Shown here in pieces: positions 1 to 10,806 of a stretch of 64,000 nt of DNA. The translations under genes were made by a program, and so were the position numbers. The DNA lies in assembly GCF_021028975.2 (NCBI RefSeq), contig NC_059429.1:61442001-61506000 (forward strand), read 5' to 3'. The notes beneath the pieces were generated by a model. It was not told where the DNA came from. It was given only the letters and a program-made list of their open reading frames with translations, and made no database searches. Source of the DNA: Sphaerodactylus townsendi (taxonomy: Eukaryota). Numbering within the stretch: position 1 is the stretch's first letter; each line of letters starts with the position of its first letter.

Positions 1-2074
1 GAAAATGGAAGTCCAACTTAACTGATGAAGAATACCAGAGAGAACACAAATGGTGGCAAAAGAGAAGCAAGTTAGCTGTAAGGGAGGCAAAAAAGGATTA
101 TGAGGAACGCATGGCTGCGAACATCAAGACTAGCAACAAACAGTTCTTCAAGTACATCAAAAGTAGGAAGCCAGCTAGGAAGCGGTAGGCCCGTTAGATG
201 ATGAAGGAACAAAAGGTGTGCTAAAAGATGACAGGGAGATTGCAGAGAAGCTGAATGAATTCTTTGCATCTGTCTTCACCCAAGAGGAGGTGAGGAAAAT
301 TCCTGCACCTGAACCAAGCTTCTTAGGAGGTGAATCCGAGGAACTAGCGAAGATAGTGGTAGACAAGGAAGAAGTTCTGGCAGCCATTGATAAACTAAAT
401 GCTACCAAATCCCCTGGCCCAGATTGCATTCATGCAAGAGTTCTTAAAGAGCTCAAGCATGAAATTGCTGATGTTCTCACATTAATATGCAACTTATCCC
501 TGAAATCAGGCTCCATCCCTGAAGACTGGAAGATGGCCAATGTCACACCAAATTTTTAAGAAAGGGTCTAGGGGACCCAGGAAATTACAGGCCAGTCAGT
601 TTGACATCTGTTCCTGGTAAATTAGTAGAATCTATCATTAAAGATAAAATTATTAAACATGTAGAAAAGCAAGACCTGCTGAGGAAGAGTCAGCATGGCT
701 TTTGTAGAGGCAAGTCCTGTCTTACAAACTTACTAGAGTTCTTTGAGGGTGTAAACAGACATGTGGATAAGGGGGAACCAGTGGACACTGTCTACTTGGA
801 TTTTCAAAAGGCTTTTGACAAAGTTCCTCACCAGAGACTGTTGAGAAAACTCAGCAATGAAGGAATAAGAGGGGAAGTCCTCCTATGGATTAAAAACTGG
901 TTGAGGAACAGGAAACAAAGGGTGGGTATAAATTGGAAGTTCTCACAATGGAGAGATGTAGGGAGTGGTGTCCCCCAAGGATCCATATTGGGACCAGTGC
1001 TCTTTAACTTATTCATAAATGACCTGGAAGTAGGGGTGGGTAGTGTGGTGGCCAAGTTTGCAGATGATACCAAATTATGTAGGGTGGTGAGAACCACAAA
1101 GGATTGCGAAGAGCTCCAAGCGGACCTTGATAAATTAGGTGAGTGGGCTAAGAAATGGCAAATGCAGTTCAATGTAGCAAAATGTAAAGTGATGCACATA
1201 GGGGCAAAAAATCCAAACTTCACATGCATGCTACAGGGGTCAGTGCTATCAGTCACAGACCAGGAAAGGGATTTGGGTGTCTTAGTTGATAGTTCCATGG
1301 GAATGTCAACTCAATGCATGGCAGCTGTGAAAAAGGCAAACTCTATGCTGGGGATAATTAGGAAAGGAGTTGATAATAAAACTGCAAGGATTGTCATGCC
1401 CTTATAATAAAGCAGTGGTGCGACCGCACTTGGAGTACTGTGTTCAGTTCTGGTCGCCACATCTCAAAAAGGATATTGAAGAGATAGAAAAAGTGCAGAG
1501 AAGGGCAACGAGGATGATTGAAGGATTGGAGCACCTTCCTTATGAGGAGAGGCTGCAGCGTTTGGGACTCTTTAGTTTGGAGAGGAGACGGCTGAGGGGG
1601 GATATGATTGAAGTCTATAAAATTATGCATGGGGTAGAAAATGTTGACAGAGAGAAATTTTTCTCTCTTTCTCACAATACTAGAACCAGGGGGCATTCAT
1701 TGAAAATGCTGGGGGGAAGATTTAGGACTAATAAAAGGAAACACTTCTTCACGCAATGTGTGATTGGTGTTTGGAATATGCTGCCACAGGAGGTGGTGAT
1801 GGCCACTAACCTGGATAGCTTTAAAAGGGGCTTGGACAGATTTATGGAGGAGAAGTCAATCTATGGCTACCAATCTTGATCCTCCTTGATCTCAGATTGC
1901 AAATGCCTTAGCAGACCAGGTGCTCAGGAGCAGCAGCAGCAGAAGGCCATTGCTTTCACATCCTGCATGTGAGCTCCCAAGGGCACCTGGTGGGCCACTG
2001 CGAGTAGCAGAATGCTGGACTAGATGGACTCTGGTCTGATCCAGCAGGCTAGTTCTTATGTTCTTATGTTCTTA
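1..2074 (+). mobile_element. CR1 LINE, 3' half (ORF2 reverse transcriptase, 3' UTR, tail); runs off the left edge
   Basis: ORF pieces 218-559, 601-1407 and 1370-1879 carry CR1 ORF2 motifs (KSPGPD, QHGF..GKSCLTNL, YLDFQKAFDKVPH, GVPQGSILGP, FADDTKL, RPHLEYCVQFWSP). The 3' UTR has the stem-loop gctgga...tccagc and ends in (ttcttatg)n at about 2053-2074. Confidence 0.97.
3..1879 (+). pseudogene. CR1 ORF2 reverse transcriptase, frameshifted
   Basis: Continuous CR1 ORF2 homology broken by small indels near 178, 551-575 and 1405; no in-frame stops otherwise seen. Confidence 0.9.
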
Positions 2075-2371
2075 AGAGATTAGATTAGAATTAATAAGAG
2101 ATGTATCAATCAATTTGATCTTTATGTCACACTCAAGGAACTTGCAAGTGAAGTCAATACTTTATGTTCCGTTTTTGAAAGTACTACGTAATTTAAATAC
2201 CACATCTGTGTAGGATTAGACAATGCAGTTTAATTTTAAAAAACTGAAAGGGAAAAGTAAACGTTTGATGTCATTTACTTCACTGAGTGTGTTTGATTAT
2301 AGTAGATTAAAATGAAACAAAATTCTGAAGCCAAGAGCTTTTAGCTGAATTTATGGGTATGTAATAATATC

Positions 2372-2429
2372 ATGATGTGACGTCATCCTATGGGTCAGTA
2401 ATGACCTGGTGGGAACTACCTTTACTTTT
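2372..2429 (+). mobile_element. Sauria SINE 3' end fragment
   Basis: atgatgtgacgtcatcctatgggtcagtaatgacc...actacctttactttt resembles the tail of the copy at 49635-49897. Confidence 0.6.
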
Positions 2430-2482
2430 AATAGTTCGTACTAGTTTTAAAATGGAGCCAATGCAGAACTGTGCCAGAATAT

Positions 2483-2530
2483 AAACTAGAGACTGACGCC
2501 ACTTTTAAACTAGAGACTGACGCCACTTTT
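2483..2530. repeat. Perfect 24-bp tandem duplication
   Basis: aaactagagactgacgccactttt x2. Confidence 0.95.
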
Positions 2531-3048
2531 CTTACCAAGCATACTTATCTCCTCTTGCTTTTCTTCTCCACTAGTAAGAGTTATGTGATGAAAGTGCTCA
2601 GATAAAGTAATGGTGAGGAGGATACCGCAAGAAGTATTTGAAAAGCAGGAATAATTTACTACATGTCTGCTTTGTTTTACTTCCCTGAGTCTTCCTGTGG
2701 TAAAAGGAAATTCATCTTTTCTGGCAGACTACAGCCTTTTTAGGCTTGAGAGCTCCCCAAGCACACTGGAGTGCAGATAAATGGATGCAAGTGTTCATGA
2801 GTACTGTATTAAGATCACGAATTTAATGCTGTGTTTTGTTTGGTATATCACGTCCAAAGTAGAAATGAGGCAATGCATGCTTACTTGCAGAAATTACTTC
2901 AGTTGTAGTAACAGTCATTGAACTCTAATTTCTTCCCACAACCTCACGTGCAATTGTGGGAATGGAGTGCATGAGTTTGGTTAAAAACCACAAAAACTGC
3001 TATAGCAACACTGGAGATGGGAGATTTTTATGGAGTAGGCATAGCATG

Positions 3049-4613
3049 CAGAGGCGTAGCTAGGAAAAATGGAGATTGGGGCAAAAGCTGAGTTTTCTGC
3101 TCTCCCACCCATGGGTGGCTGCCCTCCCTCACCCCAGCCAAACAATCTACTAGCAGCAAAGCCCATTGCTGGGGAGATGCAATGGTCCATAGAAAAGGGT
3201 AGAAGAAGAAGGACCTCCCCAGCAATAGGCTTTAGTGGGGCTGTAGCAGCCCCTACCTCAACCTTGCTCAAGGTGTGACACTTACCTGGGTGGGCATGTG
3301 TGGCTTGGGGGTGGGACAGGTTGAAGAGTGTGGCTTGAGGTAGGAAGGAAGGTGAGGATAGGTAAAGAGTGCAGAGGAGTGGGGTGTGGAGAGGGTGGCA
3401 AAGTGAGGGCTGGAGTGGAGGAGGATGGAACAGAGTGGCTTGGGGTGGTGGGAAGGTTGAAAGGGCACGCTCGGGGTGGAAGTTTGGGAGAGGGTGGAAT
3501 GGGAGGCTTCAGGTGGGGGAGGTCAAAAAGATGAGGGTTCTGGTGGGGCAGAGTGGCAAGGTGAGGCATGGGGGGGTTGAAAGGTAAGACTTAGAGTGGT
3601 GGGGTGGAAGGTGTGGTTAGGGGTGGGATATGGTTGTAGGAGAGCATGAGGGCGAGTAGGGTTAGCAGGTTAGTGTTGGGGTGGGGCAGGGTGCCAAGGT
3701 GAAGGTTGGGGTGGGGGAGGGTTGAAAGGGTTTGGGTGGTGGGAGAATGTGGCTGGGGTAGGGTTGGTAGTTGAGTACGAAGGTGGGGAGGTTTGGCAGG
3801 TTAGTATTGGGGTGGGGGAGAGTGGCAAGGTGAGGGCTGGTGGGTGCAAGGTTAGCAAGGTGAGGATTGGGTTGGGGAGGATTGGAAGGTGTGACTAGGG
3901 GTGGGTGAAGGGTGGAAAGATTAGGATTGGGGTAGGGGAGGGTAGAAAGTGGCTGGGGGGTTGGTAGGTGAATAAGAGGGTGGGCAAGGTTGGGAGTTAG
4001 TATTGGGGTAGGGGAGGGAAGCAAAGTGAGGGTAGGGGTGGGAGAAGGTTAGAAAATGAGGCTTGGGTGGGGGTACGATGGGAAGCTGTAGGTTAGGGTA
4101 GGGGTGGCAGAGCCCAGGCTTCCTTGCAGGGATGGGGGAGCAGGGAAGGGCCTGTGGAGCTGCTCCATGGGCCTGGACTTCCTCATGTGGGTGTGGAAAG
4201 GCAGGGAAGGGCCCACGGAGCTGCTCTGCGGGCCCAGGCTTCCTTGTAGAGGTGGTGGGGTGGCAGGGAAGGGCCCGCTGGCTTGCTGGGGATGGGGGAA
4301 GGCAGGGAGGGCTTATGGCGGGTGGGGGAAGGTGGGGAAGGCTTGCCTGGCAGGGCGCAGTGGATGGCTCTCCAGGTGATGGTGGGGCAGGTAGAGAGTA
4401 GGGCCTGGCAGGGGGGGCAGCCGAGTCTTACCTCTTTCCTCATTTGCTTGCTGTCTACCACCCAGCTGGGCTGGGCCAAGAGTCCCAAGTCGAGGAGGGC
4501 TGCCTGGGGGAAGGAGGAGGAGTGTGGGGAGTGATCTCCCGCCCCCATGTGACCATGTGGCGGGCACCCGGGGACATATGACCCTATATGTCCCTGTGGC
4601 TACTCCACCCCTG
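3049..4613. mobile_element. Non-autonomous hAT-like DNA transposon with a G-rich minisatellite interior
   Basis: Ends cagaggcgtagc / ggctactccacccctg (imperfect TIR); flanks atagcatg (3041-3048) and acagcatg (4614-4621) give a 7/8 match to an 8-bp TSD. Confidence 0.7.
3270..4110 (+). repeat. Degenerate G-rich tandem repeat (about 30-nt unit), G-quadruplex-prone
   Basis: Recurrent gtggcaaggtgagggct/ggggtggg motifs (e.g. 3396, 3553, 3691, 3822); very few C on the + strand. Confidence 0.85.
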
Positions 4614-5953
4614 ACAGCATGCAGTCACACTGATCTTCTATGAGGGGTACTGTTAACATATATTTTGGGTCTCCAATCTGATGTACTACTTTCAAGCAGG
4701 ATACAACTGTATGGTTTTGAGTAATTTGAAGGATCTCCCTTATTTATTTTCTTATAAATCTGTGGGAAATTTATCCTTGAAGATAGAATCAAATATTTTA
4801 ATGGTATACTTGAAGAAAACAGACTGCCAAAAATTCATCTCTACACTCTGAGAATGGAGGGATTCCGTAACATTAATCCCCTTTCACAAGCAAAAATAGA
4901 GTACCAGAGGACCAGCTTCTATATGTTTACAGTAATCACAAGTTTGGTGTCAATTCCACCATCACCCATGAAACTTCTTAGGCCACTTTGGCACAATGTC
5001 TCCCTCTCAGCTTGATATTCATCACAAAATTGTTGTAATGACAAAACAGGGTGGTAAGAGAATCACCCTGACCTGATTGAGAGGAAAGGTAGGTTAGATT
5101 TTTTACCAGAAATACAACAGTGAACCTAAAAAAAAGTTTAAAGCTTCACCTCATTTTGTTCACTTTGGTCTAGTGCATAATAATCTCAACAATCATTTTG
5201 CATTTTGCAACAATAGTCCAAAGCTGTATTGCTAAAAGGAATACTGCTCAATGGCTACAGGGTCTTCTGTACAATTCTCTACTAGTATGCAAAACTTTTG
5301 GATATATCCAGTGGCCATTTCCTCTAGAACTTTATCCTTCTAAAGGTTAAAAAAAATCCCAAATATGGCTTTTTTATATGTGATATACTGCATTGCTATG
5401 CAAAACCCAGTGGCTAAGGACAAAATATGCCAAATATAAAAAAGCTGTACTACAGAGTTGAAAAAGCATCTCCAAAACATGGCAGGTACACGTAAAAATG
5501 AAGTTTGTTTAAATAAGTAGAAGAGCTCTTAGGTAGAAATGACACTTTAATGATAGGATGTCCTTGAATGATAAATGAAACAATTGCAAAAGTTGTATAA
5601 TTAGATATAAAAGTGAGAGAGGCTTGGGGTTTTAGCCTTCTGCCTCAAAGAAAGTGGGAAGGCAGTTTTGCTTATCTAATACATGATTATATTTCCATTA
5701 TAGTAAGTTTGACCTCATTAATACTTATTGGTTCCAAAAAGCTGAAAATGTCTTATTTAACTTTAGCTAAAATAAGAACTACATTTCTTACTTCTACAAA
5801 CAGGTTTGACTCAAAATTTCTGTATAGATTTTAGCTCTTTTCTGTGTTCTCAACTGTCCTCCTAGCAACACAGAAGTTCTGAGCCTCTGTACCCTCTTAT
5901 CCCCTTTTGTTCTTCATGTCCCTTCTTCCTCATGACTGGAATATTGCCTAGCC

Positions 5954-6113
5954 CAGGGGTAGGGAACCTGCGGCTCTCCAGATGTTCAGGAACTACAATT
6001 CCCATCAGCCCCTACCAGCATGGCCAATTGGCCATGCTGGTGGCCATGCTGACAGAGGCTGATGGGAATTGTAGTTCCTGAACATCTGGAGAGCCGCAGG
6101 TTCCCTACCCCTG
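5954..6113. mobile_element. Palindromic hAT (Charlie/MER1-like) MITE
   Basis: Near-perfect fold-back caggggtagggaacctgcggctctccagatg...catctggagagccgcaggttccctacccctg; perfect 8-bp TSD gcctagcc (5946-5953, 6114-6121). Confidence 0.93.
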
Positions 6114-6590
6114 GCCTAGCCCTTCTTCCCTCCATTCCTATAAGAGAAGGCACAGAGTTGTGCATACATTTTATACTGTTAGAGAATTAAAGGAGGAGCA
6201 TGTGTGCATTTAACTGAATGAAACACAATGCTATATGAATCCGATATGAATCATGTATTTTTGTATACATGAAGATCACTTGCTTGAGCATGGGAGGTGG
6301 CAATGTTGTTAAATTTACCTTTGCAGAAATCTGTGATATTTTGTATGGAGTATTTCTTTCTTTGCTGTAAATCAAAACTTCCACTGACAGACAGCAACCA
6401 GGCATGAAGGAATAAATGTTACTGTATCATTTTTATCATTATATAAAAACTGAACAAAAGTGTGTCTATGGTACAATGTTCCTAAAGATATAACAATATA
6501 CTATATTTCAATACTGGTACAAACGCTCTCATTCATAATAATATTTCAGGATTCATATAGCATGCATGGTAGGACATTGTTGCTGTCATT

Positions 6591-7207
6591 AGCTGTTTCC
6601 GCATGGGCGGAAAACACTGTCCCAGGGGCGCTGTTCACACAGCTAGCACTACTGCATCACAGCAGTGCTGTGCTCGCCCTCCCAAGAGGTTCAAAGATGC
6701 CGTTTTTAAAACTCACTCTGGCTGCTTCTGCACAGGCGGAAAACAGCATCTAGGGACAGTAAAAACACTGCCCCTGGAGTGCTGTTCGCATAGCCATGTT
6801 CGCCCCCCAAATGGCGCGAAGATGCCGCTTTTGAAACTTGCTCGAGTGAGGTTTTTCAAAAGCGGCGTCTTCCTGCCAGCACGGTGCAAAGTGCACCAGC
6901 ATGAGGCCTCTGCTTTTCGCTCCTCCAGTTTCCCATTTACCTACCTCTACTTTCTGCGCAGCTCTGGACAGATGGAGGGACACGCTCACGCTACCGTCTG
7001 ACCCCCGGAGGTCGGAAGGCAGTGTGGGCGTGTCCCTCCAGCTGTCCAGAGCTGCACAGGGAGGAGAGGTAGGTGAATAGGACGACCCGTGGGAGGCTCC
7101 ATGTGGAGCCGTCTCTGCGGGTCGCAGCAGACTCGGCGCTGCCCACACGAGACCATGCGAATGGTTTTGTGTGTAGAGTCGTTTCCTGCCGCTGTGCAGA
7201 AATGGCC
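6591..7207. mobile_element. PIF/Harbinger-type non-autonomous element with a duplicated left end
   Basis: TIR-like agctgtttccgca (6591), repeated as ggctgcttctgca (6720); right end tgcagaaatggcc; similar to the reverse complement of 47648-48141. Confidence 0.7.
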
Positions 7208-7797
7208 ACTGTATTTAGTAAACTTTCCCTTCCTGGATAATCTTTAAAAAAAGGCAGCTGAAAATGATTGCTACAGTGTAATGGTAGCACTAATTTTGCT
7301 AGCACTAATTTTTGGGGCCATGAGGAAGAGGAAAGCTACTACTACACAGCCACCATTTTTCACCCCACAAGAGATAAAAAGTATCAATGGAATCCCATCT
7401 TCAAATAACTTTCAAAGTTCTAGGTATTCCTTTTGAATGGCTTTTATCATTCTTCCCTTTTTGTAACGCAAGATGGAAAAAATATTAAATCTGCTGCTCT
7501 TATGAAGAAATATTAATAGAGATTTAGTAGAACTTTCCCTTAATCACCTTTTGTTACTTCTTCTGTATCTTCTGCTATAAAAACACTGGCAGAACCTGAT
7601 CAAACTAGAATGGGAAAATACTAATTTTTCTTGTCATATAGTAACCTCCTAAGGTATGTTGCAATTGAATGAACTATCTTTTTATCTTGTGCCCATTTTC
7701 AGTAAACTCACAGAAAAAAAAATCTATGTGAAGTTCTTCCAGTCAGTATAACATAAAATAAAGTAAAAAACAAAAATTTCACAGAACCAACAAACTA

Positions 7798-8136
7798 AAG
7801 AAGAAGAGGAAGAAAAAGAAGAGGAGGAGGAGGAGGAGGAGGAGAAGGAGTTTGGATTTATATCCCCCCTTTCTCTCCTGTAGGAGACTCAAAGGGGCTT
7901 ACAATCTCCTTGCCCTTCCCCCCTCACAACAAACACCCTGTGAGGTGGGTGGGGTTGAGAGAGCTCCAAAGAACTGTGACTAGCCCAAGGTCACCCAGCT
8001 GGCATGTGTGGGAGTGCATAGGCTAATCTGAATTCCCCAGATAAGCCTCCACAACTCAAGTGGTAGAGTGGGGAATCAAACCCAGTTCCTCCAGATCAGA
8101 GTGCACCTGCTCTTAGCCACTACACCACTGCTGCTC
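7798..8136 (-). mobile_element. tRNA-headed CORE SINE (Squam3-type), full length, with (CTT/CCT)n tail
   Basis: Minus strand GAGCAGCAGTGGTGTAGTGG (A box), GGTTTGATTCC (B box), CORE-like GTGACCTTGGGCTAGTCAC...CCTCACAGGGTG; highly similar to 9307-9610. Confidence 0.9.
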
Positions 8137-8740
8137 ACCTAAGGAGCCTTTGTTATCCAAATTAATATTAATTTTTTTAAAAAATCAAATGTTCCATAGA
8201 CAACCAATAACATATTTATAGGAATGCTCAATTAAGGGATAGTACAAGAATACAGAGACTTGAAAGGTATCTTAGTAATCCAACTGTGGTACAACAACAC
8301 AGGTAAATAACACATAATTCACACAAGCTTTCAAATACTTTAAAATATATAAAACAACATTTCCTATGGAGATGCTGTATAGTCAATGTAGAATTAAATC
8401 AATTTAACTTAATATTTAAATTGATTTTATAATTCTCCCCTTTTATAATAATTCAGCTGCTGTCATTTTACAATACAACTAAAATATATATTTCTTTTTG
8501 AAGGAAACCAACCTAAATTTACTCTACTATTTTGTGATAATGAAGCCTTGATTATCATTGAAGGCATATTCAACACTAAGTTTTGCTTGCCCAGAACACA
8601 AAAATGACATATGGCTAAAACATCTACAGCTGTAAACATTTTTTGTTTCTATATAGTGTCTCATATATAGTAAGGCTTTAAGCTGCTAAGATTTAGGAAT
8701 AAAGAAAATGAGCATTTGTGACTGTTGTATAGGCCTTCTA

Positions 8741-8902
<162 letters not shown>

Positions 8903-9306
8903 TCAGAAAACATATTATTTGATAAATAATGTGATAAAATGGTGAAGTAACATCATAACCCTTTAGGATCATTAAAAGGGAAACTTGCCTGCCTCTCTAT
9001 TTGCTCTGAAACTGTCAGAGATAACAGGTGAGGATTTGAATACCCCTGAGTTGAAAATATACCCCGAATTCACTGTTTTAGGCTATCTTGAGGATATCTG
9101 AAATGATCCCAACTTTCCTGAAATTCCATGAGTAATGGAAATATCTCCCAGAATTTTAGGTATGTTTTTACTTTTAGACCAAGAATGGGGAGCGAGACAG
9201 GAGAAGCTGGCCTCAGCAAACAGCTGTTTTAGCAGCATTTGGTCCTTTTACCTTTTAAATGGAGATTATTTAAAGTGAAAAGATCTGGCCACCTGTTGTT
9301 CATATT

Positions 9307-9610
9307 GAAGAAGAAGAAGAAGAGTTTGGATTTATATCCCCCCTTTCTCTCCTGTAGGAGACTCAAAGGGGCTTACAATCTCCTTGCCCTTCCCCCCTCA
9401 CAACAAACACCCTGTGAGGTAGGTGGGGCTGAGAGAGCTCCGAGAAGCTGTGACTAGCCCAAGGTCATCCAGCTGGCGTGTGTGGGAGTGCACAGGCTAA
9501 TCTGAATTCCCCAGATAAGCCTCCACAGCTCAGGCGGCAGAGCGGGGAATCAAACCGGGTTCCTCCAGATTAGATACACGAGCTCTTAACCTCCTACGCC
9601 ACTGCTGCTC
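9307..9610 (-). mobile_element. tRNA-headed CORE SINE (Squam3-type), full length, CpG-retaining (younger) copy
   Basis: Same structure as 7798-8136, with more CpGs kept; (CTT)n tail. Confidence 0.9.
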
Positions 9611-10145
9611 CTTTACCCAGCCTGTGGAATGCGGTGAGGAAGGCTTATGTCCACAATAGCTAATTTTGAATTGTGTCTTGCCTTTATATGCATCAGAATA
9701 AGGTAGGAATGTGAAAGTTCTGAAATTACATAGAGTTCTGAAATTACATAATAGACTGTACCACTTCAATGTACAGATGTGTAAAAAGTTCCCGAAGAAA
9801 CTTTTAGCATATCTTCCTAACTGATTTTTTTTTAACATTTCAGGGAGTGCTATTTTACATGGAGAATATTAAATAACTGAACTGAGCTCCTTCAACATAA
9901 AGTGGAACATTCAACAATTTTGCTGCATGTGAAGACCCAACACTATTATTCTGTATCAGAGACAGTTTTAATAGCTACTTTCCAAAGTGACATAAACACT
10001 GATAGCACTGCACAACGGATGTGTACAGCAACTGTACAGCAACTTAGAGTGAAGTTATTCTGTTCATAAATAATTTTTGTTTGGACTTTTAATACTATAA
10101 AAGCATGCAGTTGGATTCGTTAAGATGTCAGTTTTAACTATTTTA

Positions 10146-10278
10146 AACAAGATTTTCAGGGTAAACTTTTGAGAGTTGAAGCTCCCTTCATCAGATATCA
10201 TGACAAAGAGAGCTTTGACCCTCGAAAGCTTGTACCGTAAAAATCTTGCTGGTCTTTAAGTTACTACCAGACCCAGAC
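10146..10278. mobile_element. Penelope-like element terminal remnant: back-to-back inverted pair of decayed hammerhead-like motifs
   Basis: Palindrome centred on gatatc (10194-10199). Minus arm ATCTGATGAAGGGAGCTTCAACTCTCAAAAGTTT; plus arm ATCATGACAAAGAGAGCTTTGACCCTCGAAAGCTT. Confidence 0.7.
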
Positions 10279-10752
10279 CTAAAATTTCCATGAGTAACTA
10301 ATTTCTTCCTAAGTTAGATGAACCTTTCAGAGATTGGACTTCTTAACCAACTCCTTGATGATTCAGGGTGGTGGTAGAGAATGGCTGCCATAGGGACAGA
10401 GGATGCCGATGGGATCAGGAAAGATCTCAACTTCACCCTCCAAACATCAACTATTCTGGATGTGTTGTAAACTTTCCTAAAAAAACTGTGGAAAACCAAG
10501 TTTACATAATATCATGGGAAAGCCAGGGAAAAGCCAGAAGGTAGAAGCACCATTTTTTTTTAAAAAAAAACACCTTCCAAACAGGAACAAATTTATACTA
10601 AATACCCAGTGAAGTTGACAGTGATGAACCTCAGTTTTAACGCAAGGGTGTCTATTACCCAGGCAAGGGTAATTTTTTGAACTTGTTATGGTGTAATGTA
10701 AGTAAAGTCACACAGTTCTCTGTGGAACAAACTAACTGTATAAACAAGTGAG

Positions 10753-10806
10753 TAGAGAAAGCAAGAGAACAAATCTGACTAGAGAAAGCAAGAGAACAAA
10801 TCTGAC
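10753..10806. repeat. Perfect 27-bp tandem duplication
   Basis: tagagaaagcaagagaacaaatctgac x2. Confidence 0.95.

Noticed and set aside
2483-2530. CRISPR-like direct repeats (also 10753-10806, 24314-24387)
   Set aside because: Two adjacent copies with no spacers, in a vertebrate intron; no cas genes.
3268-4567. Pro/Gly-rich ORFs
   Set aside because: By-product of G/C-skewed low-complexity sequence lacking stop codons.
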